The position numbers and the translations under genes are program-made. Source: Octopus bimaculoides (Eukaryota). From it: DNA of 64,000 nt. Numbering within the stretch: position 1 is the stretch's first letter; each line of letters begins with the position of its first letter. Of the stretch, positions 37,038-50,365 are shown one piece after another. Below the pieces are notes generated by a model. It worked only from the letters and a program-made list of their open reading frames with translations, was not told the origin of the DNA and did not search any database. Location: the NCBI RefSeq assembly GCF_001194135.2, contig NC_068991.1, positions 41,153,382-41,217,381 of the forward strand, in the 5' to 3' direction.

Positions 37038-38020
37038 AAATGAGGATGTGTTTTGAAAGTTATACTTGTCTTATCCATTAGAGCAAAACGATTCTTGTTT
37101 TCATTATGAAATATATAATTTATTTTGTAAGACATCATATGTGGCACATGTGTCATTTAGAAGTCTTTTGAGTGAAAGCTAACTTTCTTTTGTTTCAGAA
37201 GCTATAGAAAAGTGACAATTTTTGTTGTTATTACGACCATAACACTTGAAATTAATGTGAAGGGTCTATAATCTTGGTAATGAGTCAGCCAATCAGATTG
37301 CTAGAAGCCTCCACCCCAATGCCAACAGCAATCATGATGTGCAGATATATGCTATCCAGAATATTCAGTATTTGATTAGCAATATGATCATGGGTATCCT
37401 ATCTTTATTGTAAGCATACAAATCTAAAATTTAAGAGTAAACAAAATGTAGTCTTAATTATAGGCCGTAAAATTTTCAGTTCTTCTCTGCACTGAATTAT
37501 GCACTACTGTCTTGTTTCTTACTACATATAGTAGTTGAATGAAATGCTGGTACTACCAACCTAATGTAAACAGTAATGGTCTAGCATTGTAGTTAATGAA
37601 TGTAAAACATGAGTAGTAATTAGTAAACTAATAAATGAATAAAATTAAGTAACATAGAGAGATAAGGGTAACTATTTATTTATCCCAAACACAAATGTGA
37701 TTATTTCCTGTCATGATCACAGACATTTATCAGTAAGTAATCAGCCCTGTTAATTACAGATGTTGAGGAGTTGAGAGTTATGGCATCCATGCCTTTCCTT
37801 TAGGATTATTGGAAGAATAAATGACATAGTTGCAACCAATAATTGAACCTGAGTTTGCCTAGCCTTGGTTCGCCTAGTACCTGCCCACCTCAGCTAAGCA
37901 CTTGCAAAGAAATATGAGGATTTCAAACATCGGTACATAGCCACAAGTTTTGAGGGAAGCAACACTTGATTATATCCATCAGCAGTACTAAACTGATACT
38001 TATTTTATTGACTATTTTAT

Positions 38021-39279
38021 TGTAGGAAGGTAGATAAAACACAAACCCCTTCAGGTAGATGGCCCTGCTCAGTATGTAGAAAAGGAGTAGGTAGTAACTC
38101 TATAAGATGTACCCGGTGCAAGCTATGGACACATAAGAGGTGCAGCAACATCAAAGGCAGGTTAACTAGCAAGTTAGTTTTTGTTTGTGGCAGATGTTCA
38201 GGTGCAATAAAGACTGCAAACAAACAGGAAACAACTTCTATCTCATTCCAGGGTGAAAAACTAGAGGTAGTCGATAGCTTCCGCTATCTGGGCGACCAAG
38301 TTAGTAGTGGGGGTGGGTGCGCTGAAAGTGTAGCTGCTAGAANNNNNNNNNNNNNNNNNNNNNNNNNNNNNNNNNNNNNNNNNNNNNNNNNNNNNNNNNN
38401 NNNNNNNNNNNNNNNNNNNNNNNNNNNNNNNNNNNNNNNNNNNNNNNNNNNNNNNNNNNNNNNNNNNNNNNNNNNNNNNNNNNNNNNNNNNNNNNNNNNN
38501 NNNNNNNNNNNNNNNNNNNNNNNNNNNNNNNNNNNNNNNNNNNNNNNNNNNNNNNNNNNNNNNNNNNNNNNNNNNNNNNNNNNNNNNNNNNNNNNNNNNN
38601 NNNNNNNNNNNNNNNNNNNNNNNNNNNNNNNNNNNNNNNNNNNNNNNNNNNNNNNNNNNNNNNNNNNNNNNNNNNNNNNNNNNNNNNNNNNNNNNNNNNN
38701 NNNNNNNNNNNNNNNNNNNNNNNNNNNNNNNNNNNNNNNNNNNNNNNNNNNNNNNNNNNNNNNNNNNNNNNNNNNNNNNNNNNNNNNNNNNNNNNNNNNN
38801 NNNNNNNNNNNNNNNNNNNNNNNNNNNNNNNNNNNNNNNNNNNNNNNNNNNNNNNNNNNNNNNNNNNNNNNNNNNNNNNNNNNNNNNNNNNNNNNNNNNN
38901 NNNNNNNNNNNNNNNNNNNNNNNNNNNNNNNNNNNNNNNNNNNNNNNNNNNNNNNNNNNNNNNNNNNNNNNNNNNNNNNNNNNNNNNNNNNNNNNNNNNN
39001 NNNNNNNNNNNNNNNNNNNNNNNNNNNNNNNNNNNNNNNNNNNNNNNNNNNNNNNNNNNNNNNNNNNNNNGTGGCCGTTTTCGTGCGGGTGACACGTAAA
39101 AGCACCCACTACACTCTCTGAGTGGTTGGCGTTAGGAAGGGCATCCAGCTGTAGAAACTCTGCCAAATCAGACTGGAGCTTGGTGTTGCCATCCGGTTTC
39201 ACCAGTCCTCAGTCAAATCGTCCAACCCATGCTAGCATGGAAAGCGGACGTTAAACGATGATGATGATGATGATGATGA
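38021..39279 (+). mobile_element. Young RTE LINE 3' fragment (RT C-terminus with Cys finger) spanning a gap
   Basis: Uninterrupted frame 38021-38341: RWPCSVCRKGVGSNSIRCTRCKLWTHKRCS...FVCGRC...LEVVDSFRYLGD..SSGGGCAESVAAR. The 3' UTR GGCGTTAGGAAGGGCATCCAGC and (GAT)n tail follow the gap. Inserted inside a family B SINE. Confidence 0.9.
38343..39070. other. Assembly gap
   Basis: Run of N. Confidence 1.
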
Positions 39280-40499
39280 AAGAATGAAAAACAAAATTGA
39301 CTTTAATGGGTTTTGAACTCAATATACAACAATATTTTATCCAATGGTCTGTCAACTCTGCCAATTTATTGATCTGCCTGTAAAGTAATATAACTGTTTA
39401 TAATTTAGGCACAAGGCCAGTAATTCTGAGAGGAGTTAGTTGATACCGTCAACCCCAGTATTTGACTGGTACTTTATTTCATCAACCTCTCAGAAAGATG
39501 AAAGGCAAAGTTGACCTCTGCAAGATTTGAACTCAGAATGTAAGCATTTCCTCCAACCCTCTAATGATTTTCAATAGCATCAAATATATTTATTAAATCA
39601 TTTATTTACAGATTTTATGTAACTAGTTTCAGTACACCCATTCTGTAGCAAACATACACAAAGATCTTAAACAGGTTAGAGCAGAAGGAGAGGAAAGTTT
39701 AACTGCATATACATTTTCTTTTGAAGTGTGTGTTGTAAAAGAATTGAAGAAAAGTTGAGTAAGAAAAGAAGCTCAAGTGAGAAGTAGTTTTGATGATAAA
39801 GAGTTATACATATTAGGTAGTGGCGAAAAAATGTGAGAGAAAAATATGGGAAGTAATGTTGGGTTGTTGAAATGGAACCAATAAGCTTTGGAGAGAAACA
39901 AATTACAGAATGGAGTATATGGTTTATCTCTGTCGTGTTGTTAAAGACAAGGTCATTCAATTTATTTGTACCAAGTTTCTGATAATAAATTCAATTAATT
40001 CTTCTAATGCTTTAACCACTTAAAGAAAAATAGTTGTTTTATATTTTCTTTTTTTTCTTTCTTTCTAGAATGGGGTTAACATTGTAAGTGAAAGATGTCA
40101 ACCATTGTAATGAAGTGAAATATAGGTTAAAGAGAAATATAGATATACACACTCCTTGTCACGAGTTGCATACAGATATCAAGTATGCATGTGATTATAG
40201 GCTCATAGTCGAGGATATTTCGGAATTGATATATTTCTGACACACATATACACATCACACTCACATAATTAGAAAGTGAAAGGTCTTCTAGGTAGTCACA
40301 TGAATTATTAGAAATACTAACCAAATCTAACCTCAAACCTACCATCTAACCCCCCCCCCCAAAAAAAAAACAGATGCTAGTATAATGCTATCATAGACAT
40401 ATGTCTAAAACGATGAGATTATCACAGCTGGAATGATAGATCAATGCAATCATGGTTAAGCTGAACCTAAACAGCAACAACAACAACATCTACATAACA

Positions 40500-41100
40500 T
40501 ATATTACTACATACTCTGCATTGTAATGCATCATACATAAACACCCATTCCTAATTTTCTAAACAAAAGCATCCTCCATACGTGATTTAGACACTCCATG
40601 CCAAACTTGCACTGCTTCTGTGAACAGAGACTTTTAAAGGATTCTCCAATGGCATCATATTAATTTTGTCCCCTTCAAAAGTATAACACAATCACTGCAC
40701 ATATCAATGGTGCCAATCTCTTGTACCTCCTTCCAAAGTCCTAGACAATGAGCAGCTAAAACTTCAAAGACACTATAAATGCTAGATTTCAGAATCTTTG
40801 ATGCTTGTTGCAAGTGATCTCATAACTGTAACTGTAAAAATTGGTCTTCAAAACAGGCTTTTCTCTTTAGTGCCAGAAAAAACTTTAGTTCCTAACTTTC
40901 TATAAAGCTCAAGCAAGCCTCACAATGGGATAGTGTACGCACATCTGGGATAGTGAAGCTATAACAAATATGAACATCCAAGACTGCATCCAAAGAAAGG
41001 ACCAACTAACTAATAGATACGAAGTCACTCATCACCAACACATTTCAACCTCTGGTCTACAGATAGGTTGTCTTCTCACTTAGCCATTTTTACTGTCAAT
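40500..41100 (-). mobile_element. Possible decayed mariner 5' region
   Basis: Weak resemblance to a mariner N-terminal HTH (..QRLKCVGDE); heavily eroded. Confidence 0.3.
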
Positions 41101-44100
41101 ACATTGACCTCCATTCCTTAGATTTGTCTAACTCATTTGTTAACCATTTTGTCTGCCTCCTCTCAGCTGCCTTGTAGCCATACACCAACTACAAATGTCA
41201 ATCCATTCTCTCTGGAACCTCAAATTTCTGGAATTCATTCCCTGTCCCTGCTATTTTTCTGTAGTTGTTGAGATGTTGAGCATCAACTACATTAGAGTTA
41301 TTGGTCTTGGAAGGCCTGTGAAGGCCATGAGCACAACTCCCTTCCTTCAATGTAACACACCACATACATACACGTGTGCATGCACGCACACGCGGACACA
41401 CACACACACACACACGCACAGATAACACATATCTGTAGCCTCTAATCAAGGTGTCTAAATATAATTACTGATTATTAAAAATGGGGAAAGACAAAATCAT
41501 TCATAAGTTATCCTGGATAAGTTGACCTACATTGTGTCTTATCAACAAGTGCCATCACTAATACTACTACTACAACCACCAAAACTATGAGCTATTGATT
41601 ACAGTTAATTGTCACCAATAAACTTTGAACTTAAAAAATAAGAAGAATGGTTTGGGCAGATAACACCCCTACACACACACGCATACACGTGCTCGCACAC
41701 ACATATGTATTTTTATGTTTTCATAATTTATTATTAGGGGTCACTAATAAAAAAAATCCATCCTTTTCAAAGTAACATTAAGAACATCTGTCTACAACAA
41801 TAACATTTAGAAGAACAAGTTACCCACAACACTAGCATTAAAATATTAAAAACCCAATAGTACTAACCACCCCACCTGTTGCCAACACCATTGTCGCTGC
41901 TGTCACTTCCACCACCACCACAACAACAACAAAACTAAAATATCCAGTATTTGGCAAGAAATACATTGTTTTATAGTTTTAGGTCAACAGTAATATTCTG
42001 AGTTCAAATGCTGCTGAACTCAACTTTTTCATTCATCCTTTCAGGATTGATAAAATATGTACCAGTTGAGCACTGGGGTCAATGTAATCAACTATCTCCT
42101 CCCCAACAATTTCAGGTTTTTTGCCTGTAGTAGAAAGAGTTATTACTATTGGCCAATAATATTATTACTATTTACTCAATATTTTCAATTCCCATCTACT
42201 GTTTGTTGCAGTCTTTTTATTTCACTTTATTTGTATTACAAAATACATACATGACAATTAGAGATGAGACATATTGGAGAAAACATTGCACAATATTAAT
42301 GTGCAATGTTTTGGTGAATGTTTTATTTATAAAATATTATATATTCATAATGTTAAGTTTATTTAGTCAGCAGGAAGAGGTGTATCCCTTGACTTTCATA
42401 GGTTCTCCAAGACTGGGTGAGATTGATGTGGTCAATGTTCAACTTGAAAACGTGTAATTTGACATCTGTAGGAAAAATGTTGGAAAGAAAGTAATTTCAA
42501 GAGGTTGATGTTCTGAGGATTTTCAGCTAGTATCCTCACCTAGCTGTCTTCTTGACTAAAGTTCTAAATTTCCAAAACATGCTTGACAGCAGTTCACTTC
42601 ATTCTCAGCTTTTAACAAACTTCATTATGTTTGGTCCCATCAAATTGTTAATCACTACTTAATCAAGGCAACATACCTTTTGGAGAAGCAAAATATCTCA
42701 AGCTTGCATAGCTTCTTGCTTCAATCTCACAGGATGATTCTTTTCTAGCATGAGTGAATCAAAATTTTATAAATTACAGTATATTTAGAAAGCTCTAAAC
42801 TGTCTTTTAATAAATATGATATTTAAGGCAGCTAGCTGGCAAAAACATTAGCATGTTGGACAAAATGCTTCACAATATTTTGTCCATCTTTGTGTTCTGA
42901 GTTCAAATACTGGCAAGGACAACTTTAGGGTCGATAAATTGAGTACCAGTTGAACACTAAGGTTTATGTAATCGACTTATCCCTTCCTCTGAAATTGCTG
43001 GCCTTGTGCCAAAATTTGAAATCTATATGATAATTAATTCATCAATCTCAGAGGGAAGGAAAACTGAGCCAGCCTAAAATCTGGCATTCTTCTTTCATCA
43101 AATGGCATTTTAATTTCACGATTTTCACATTACCATTATCATTGAGTAAAAGGAATTAATTAAATCATAGTGAAGGCTGTTAGCTCTTTAGCATTCAAAT
43201 TTCTTTGTCAAGTGTATTGCTTATTTATTAACATTGTTTTGAATTAATTGCATCATTTTGTAGCTTCAAGATTTTTGATATTGTAGGATAGGTTGGACAT
43301 TGTAGGATCTGGTCAGTTTTAACATAAAATTGGTGGAATATCTGGGCCGGACATGGCCAGATTAAATGCTAAAGGGTTAAAGGCTGAGTATGAAATGAAC
43401 TGAGATGAAACATCTTTAGAAATACAATATTTCAGTCAAGGATACAGACATGTGAGGATACTTGCTGGTGCAGGCAGTTCAAAATACCAAATGGTTGGCC
43501 TTGAGCTATAGTAGAAGATACTTCCCATGGTATGGCACCTTGGGCAAGTGTTTACTATTACAGCCCTAGGTTGACCAAGCCTTATGAGTGAATTTGTTTG
43601 ATGGAAACTGAAAAATTCCCATCGTGTCTACATGTGTATTTTGCTCATTGGTTTTAAACAATGACTTTGTTAAAAGTGTCATTTGCTTGCGGTCCACTGC
43701 GAAAGTATATCAGGGCTTCTTGACATTTTGTGTGATCTTTGTAAACAAAAGGCTTCTTTCAGTATCATTTATTTCCAGTTCTCCACACAAGCATGTCTGA
43801 TGTGCTTGTTATTTGATAGAATGGGAGATTATAACCTCACTTGGAAACAGGTGGAGGTTGGGAACAGGAAAGACATCTGGCCACAGAATAATCTGCTCCA
43901 ATATACTTTCATCAGACTCATGCAAGCAAGGAAAAGTATATGTGATGGTGAAGACAACGATGACAACACAGAAAAAGACATGAAAATTGAAATTGAATTT
44001 TGAAACATTCCCTGCTGTAGAGCTGATTCATTAGACATTGATTCAAATGTTCCTAACATTGATTTAAATGTTCCAATTTATATCATTAAAACTGAGACAG

Positions 44101-44744
44101 AAACATACAAACATGACAAAAAGAAAAAAAAAACTGCTTGTTTCATGATTGTCTGATAATTAAATGTGACATAAATGCTGTTCAGATTAGCATATTCGTT
44201 TTTAACAACATTCAGAAGAAAGAAAATAACTAGTTGCCTAACATGACGAGATATTAGCAAGAACTTCAACTTGGTTATTGAAGAAATAATATTCAAACAA
44301 GTGCTGCCATGGGAACCTGCAATGTCACTAATCACGAATAATCAGAGCCTGTTTATGTGGTAGAGTTACTGACAAATGAAAGAACATTTAGTAACATGGC
44401 AGAAAGAAAGAGACAGACTGAATTTGTAATACACACTTTTGCATGAGGATTGTTAGGAAACTTGGATTACTACTAAAACAGGCACAGCATAATCTCTCCA
44501 ATATATCTTTAATCAAATTACTAGGATTAGTTCTGAATTTATCTAAATGCTAAAGTAATCATCAGATTCAATCACTTTTTATACAGGGAAAGATGGAAAC
44601 TGAAAGAAGCCTGTTTTATACATACACAGACATAAATACAGACACGCATATACATATATGTATATGCACACAGACACACAGACACAGACACACAGACACA
44701 GACACACACACACACACGTATGTATGTAAATATATGTATATATT

Positions 44745-45100
44745 CTTTTCTTTTACTTGTTTCAGTCATCTGACTGCAGCCATGTTGGAGTACACCCCCA
44801 GGACTTCTTTGTAAGCCTAGTACTTATTCTATCAGTCACTTTTGCTGAACCGTTAAGTTAAGGGAACATAAACACACCAACATCAGTTGTCAAGTGATGG
44901 TGGGGGGGACAAGCACAGACACACAAGTACATGCATACAGGTTTCTTTGAGTTTCTGTCTACCAGATCCACTCACAAGGCTTTGGTCGGCCCAAGGCTAT
45001 AGTAGAAGACACTTGCCCAAAGTACCAGACAGTGGAACTGAACCCGGAACCATGTGGTCGAGAAGTAAGCTTCTTACCACTCAGTCACTCCTGCACCCAT
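44745..45100 (-). mobile_element. tRNA-derived SINE family A
   Basis: Reverse complement of the 35703-36097 family. Confidence 0.85.
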
Positions 45101-45104
45101 ATAT

Positions 45105-45327
45105 ATCATCATCATCATCGTTTAACGTCCGCTTTCCATGCTAGCATGGGTTGGACGATTTGACTGAGGACTGGTGAAACCGGATGGCAACACCAGGCTC
45201 CAGTCTGATTTGGCAGAGTTTCTACAGCTGGATGCCCTTCCTAACGCCAACCACTCAGAGAGTGTAGTGGGTGCTTTTACGTGTCACCCGCACGAAAACG
45301 GCCACGCTCGAAATGGTGTCTTTTATG
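45105..45327 (-). mobile_element. Young RTE LINE 3' tail
   Basis: Reverse complement of 39071-39265 with one mismatch over about 190 bp; continues into a gap. Confidence 0.9.
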
Positions 45328-45935
45328 NNNNNNNNNNNNNNNNNNNNNNNNNNNNNNNNNNNNNNNNNNNNNNNNNNNNNNNNNNNNNNNNNNNNNNNNN
45401 NNNNNNNNNNNNNNNNNNNNNNNNNNNNNNNNNNNNNNNNNNNNNNNNNNNNNNNNNNNNNNNNNNNNNNNNNNNNNNNNNNNNNNNNNNNNNNNNNNNN
45501 NNNNNNNNNNNNNNNNNNNNNNNNNNNNNNNNNNNNNNNNNNNNNNNNNNNNNNNNNNNNNNNNNNNNNNNNNNNNNNNNNNNNNNNNNNNNNNNNNNNN
45601 NNNNNNNNNNNNNNNNNNNNNNNNNNNNNNNNNNNNNNNNNNNNNNNNNNNNNNNNNNNNNNNNNNNNNNNNNNNNNNNNNNNNNNNNNNNNNNNNNNNN
45701 NNNNNNNNNNNNNNNNNNNNNNNNNNNNNNNNNNNNNNNNNNNNNNNNNNNNNNNNNNNNNNNNNNNNNNNNNNNNNNNNNNNNNNNNNNNNNNNNNNNN
45801 NNNNNNNNNNNNNNNNNNNNNNNNNNNNNNNNNNNNNNNNNNNNNNNNNNNNNNNNNNNNNNNNNNNNNNNNNNNNNNNNNNNNNNNNNNNNNNNNNNNN
45901 NNNNNNNNNNNNNNNNNNNNNNNNNNNNNNNNNNN

Positions 45936-45936
<1 letters not shown>
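45328..45936. other. Assembly gap followed by (TA)n/(CA)n to about 46060
   Basis: Run of N. Confidence 1.
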
Positions 45937-46000
<64 letters not shown>

Positions 46001-46299
46001 CATACACACACACACATACATACATATATATAGCATGCATATGCATACACATACACACATGCAGGAATCCCTTGTGCATTGATTTTCACATAAAATGGGA
46101 ACAACTTCTCATGGACTTATATTTGAATTCAACAATGACAACAAATCAAATAACATAACCACTTTCATGTAAATAATAACATTTCTGAACCTAGACAGTA
46201 CAAAACATATACATAAAAACGTTTGCAGAGGAATACATAAGAAATAAATAAGAATGCTGTTGATTACTGAGTGAGGGTTATGGTGGAATGAAAGTTGCT

Positions 46300-47830
46300 A
46301 GAAGGATGCAGGACACTATTTTCTATCTTACAGTTCATCACCATCAACATCTGTTTGAGAGGTGAAGAACTTATTCAAAATCATTTGATCTTTATGGTGC
46401 ATCCTTTCTTTGTACAGCTCCTCATGTAATGTTTATGTTATATTCACAATTACAGTTGTTATCAGCAAAAACTTGCAAACCTTCTCTTGTGTGTGTCAAT
46501 CCTTTAGCAATATTCTTTGCAGTCAATTTAAGAGGAGTTGGTAGAACTTCCCTATTCTCATCTATATTCTCAGCTTACTCCTGATCTAAAAGAATTTACT
46601 CCTTGTTATATAAACTGTCTGTATGGTACACTAGCAACTCAGTCACATCATCCTGTAAGATTTCTACAAATCTTTCATCATTTGAAAGTGTTACAATGTC
46701 ATTCTGAATTTGATGTAGACTTTCTGCTTATGGAAAACTTATAAGTAACAAATACGGTTTGGCCACATATTTTTTCAAGCACCATCAAAAGTTGAAAGTT
46801 TCACTTCCAACTGCCACCTAAATCAACTATCCATAACATCCACTTAAATTTCAGAAGTCTCTAACAGTAGGTTTCTCCCCTCTGACAATTGCTTTCATAA
46901 GTTGTTTGAAAGTCTCAGATAATGTCTTCAAGTTAGCCATAACACCTTTATTCATTGACTGGAGCAAAGAAGTTATATTCTTGGGGGTATATTCTACTCT
47001 CACATTATCAGAAAGCTCATTAAAGTTCACTGTTTGGTTTGGTGCATTGCCTAAAAGAAACAGTTCTTTGTTGGAAATATTCTGTTTTGGCACTGTACCT
47101 TTCTGCAGCAAGATAAAAAAATGTTTATAAACCACTCTTCAAAAAGGCTCTGAGTCATTCATGTCAAAGATAAATTAAACTGCATCACTCTTGAAAGCTC
47201 TTAGATTTTCAGATACATGAGTAGAAGCTTTAATTTTATATAACCAGTAACATTTCCACCAAGAAGAAGCATCAAACTATTTTTGAAATCTATAAGTCTT
47301 GGTGTTGATATTGCTTCACAAGAAATAAAAGCTCTAGTAAGTACTGGCTTCAAGAAAAGTGTAATTTCATCAACACAGTATACTTGCTCTAGTGTGTAAC
47401 ACACTTTGGCAATCATTTTTTTTTCTTTTTTTCATCTGTTCAGGATAATTAGTAACAGTCTCTGTATCACCACTGACAACTTAAAGAATTAAAACAGCCA
47501 CCAAGTTGAACACAACTGGCCAGATATTGTTGAATGGAACCACAGGAAGAAAATATGCTCTGTCATGGAAATGAGCTGCTCTCTGCACACCAATATAGTC
47601 ACAAACATATACAGGAGAAAGATAACATCTATGGACCACTGATTAGGAGTTGGAAAATCCAGTACCCAAGACAAATTTTCAGCAACATACTTATTGTTAT
47701 TGGGGCAACAAGTTATGCACCAGCCAGTCTGGAGCAAAGTATGGTTGAACTTGGGTTTTGAGGAGTAAGAATGCAACTCCTTAATTCATACAACAACAAA
47801 TGATCATGATATCTGGGATGATAAAAATCT
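46300..47830 (-). mobile_element. Decayed Tigger/pogo transposase
   Basis: YTLEQVYCVDEITLF, LMLLLGGNVTG..KLKLLL, LLGNAPNQ, PKNITSLLQSMNKGVMANLK match the pogo DDE motifs (QVFNxDETGLF, LDNAPxH, PNTTSxxQPMDQGVI). The distal boundary is approximate. Confidence 0.85.
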
Positions 47831-48039
47831 ACAAAGCCTTAAAAGATTTAAGGGATAATGAACAAAACAAGATGTTTTCCTTTCCAACCTTACTACCAAG
47901 CAGGTGACCAGTCAAAATTAACTCTGAATTAAAAATAAACACATATGCATACATATGTATAAACATATGTGCATGCATGAATACACACATGCATGCACGC
48001 GTGCACACACACACACACAAGTAGTATAGATTAATTTTT

Positions 48040-49770
48040 TCCTACTTGCAATGAACAAGCAGAAGTGCAGTGTCAAGGATTGCTCACCATGTCTGGTGTT
48101 CAGCAGCCCCCTATTAGGGCTTTTATGGATGACCTAACTGTGACAACAATATTAGTCATGAGGTGCAGGAGGATCCTGAAGAGCCTTGAGGAGTTGATGA
48201 CTTGGGTTCACATGAGTTTCAAGCCTCTCAATTGAAGATATCTTGTGCTGAAGAAGGCAGGGTTAGAAACAGCTTCAGCTTCTCAGCCAGCAGTGATCAG
48301 GTAAAACCCATTACTAAGAAACCAGTGAAGAGCCTGGGAAAGGTGGTTAATAGCAGTCAGAGAGACACATCATCTATTCACAATACCAACAAAGAATTGA
48401 AAGCCTGGCTATCCACAGTAGATAAGTCAGGTCTTACTGGCAAGTTTAAGGCCAGGATTTACCAACATGGCATCCTCTCACAGATTCTTTGACTGCTTAT
48501 GTTATATGATGTTCCAATATCTACAGAGGAGAGCTTTGAAAAGAGTCAGTGGGTTCTGTGGAAAGGGTTGGGACGTCTTTGAAGCCTGAGCAATGTTGCC
48601 CTGTATAGAAAGAATAACAAGCTGAGGCTTCCTATTGGCAGCCTGAGAGAAGAATTTGTGGGGACCTATGCAGAGGTGTTACAACACCAAAACTCCTGTG
48701 ATCCTGAAGTCTTCCAGTTGTTATTGAGGTCAGAGCAGGACAGAAGTAGAGAGCAGTGGAGGCTGTTAAGGCTGCAGATATAGAGCACTCGTGGGCATTG
48801 TACATTGAAGAAGGGCAATCCTGGATAGCACTACAACACCTCCCTATGATAATATGCAAAGAAAGGACAGGAGCTAGTCCAGAATGTGATGCAAGCCTTG
48901 GCTGCATAAAATTCCTAATTCAGGCAGTTTATGATGTTCTCTCAAGCCCATCCAACTTGTACTCCTGGAGAAAATTCTAGTCACCAGTTAGTCTCTTAAA
49001 CCTAAGAAGAGAAACCCTGAAGCTCTTCCTCAGTAGCTGCCCAAAAAGCACTAAGAGAGGGATGCTACTGCTGGAAGCATGACTAGATTTTGAAGGTTAT
49101 AGCAGACACCATTTGAAGCGCACTTAGTCAGTGCAAGTACCTCTGCTCAATGAAGAAGTTTATTACCTATCAGAGCTTGCAGGAAGAAGATGCCAGTCTT
49201 CTAGGTTTGCCTCCTCAGGCCTATATGCAACAGCAAAAGACTGGGAGCTATAAATTGACCTAGGGAAGCAACTGATGTTCTCAGAAGCTGTCACCTCAAC
49301 ATCACTAAGGCTGAACATAGTGCTGATCTTAGAAGCATCCAAGCAAGTGGTTCCGTTAGAATTCTCTATTTCCTGGAAGGACTACATTGAGGAGGCAAAC
49401 AAGAGTAAGAGGAGAAAGAAAGCTGAACTAGTGGAGTTATATCAAAACAATGGCACCAAGCAAGGTGTGATCCCACTGAGGTGGGATGCAGAGTGTTTGC
49501 ACTCTCTATATAAAGCTTACAAGGAGCCTGAACACAGGAGCCTAAACACAGAAAGTTGGCTATGCAGGCAATAGAGTTGCCTTGAGGTGTGAGCCTTAGA
49601 AGATGTGAAACCTGGAAGGGACAGAACAAACTAAAGCTGTGACTAGATCAACCCCAGCTGGGTCACCTGGGTGAAGGTATATGATGTTGAAAGACCAGAA
49701 ACACTTAGTGATCCCAGGACACAGCACTGACGATGTGTGTTCAGATACATCACATGATGCTGTATGGAAA
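48040..49770 (+). mobile_element. Decayed Hero/NeSL-like (R2-group, REL endonuclease) non-LTR retrotransposon 3' portion
   Basis: QPPIRAFMDDLTVTT, KPVKSLGK, VDKSGLTGKFKARIYQHGIL, IKFLIQAVYDVLSSPSNL, TSLRLNIVL..EASKQVVPLEFSISWKDYIEEA; stops and frameshifts. Confidence 0.85.
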
Positions 49771-49779
49771 AACTGCACA

Positions 49780-50330
49780 AATATGCGCGCGCGCGAACGC
49801 GCACACAAACAAACAATTAATAAAAAGCAGAAAACATTTAGTATTTTATGCTTTAAAAAACACAAGTTTTGGCAAATTAACTACCAGGCTTACACAATTT
49901 CATGTTCAAAAATTGCTATTATAAATAAGAAATAATTATAAATCTTATTAAATCACCCACTCAGAGTTAAATAACACGAAACTCTCGGCATTTGAGTCTT
50001 TGAGTCACTCTGTAACTTCTGATGATGATGATGATGATGATAATAATTGGCGTGTGTGTGTGTGTACTGAGCTCGAAATCCCAGAGCCATTGTATTTGCT
50101 TTACAACAGAACATGAAGCAGAATGTAGCGATCGCATCGGATTGACGGGACAATTAGAAAAATAAAATCGATACAGTCGTCAAGCAGCGAAATGTTAGAG
50201 TCGCGTATTTTATGCATGTTTGTTGTATATTTAGAAATTACTCTATTTTTAACGAGACCAAAGACATTACACACATTGCGTGCGTGAGTGCGCGCGCGCG
50301 TGTGTGAGCGAACGTGCGTATGTATAAAGC

Positions 50331-50365
<35 letters not shown>

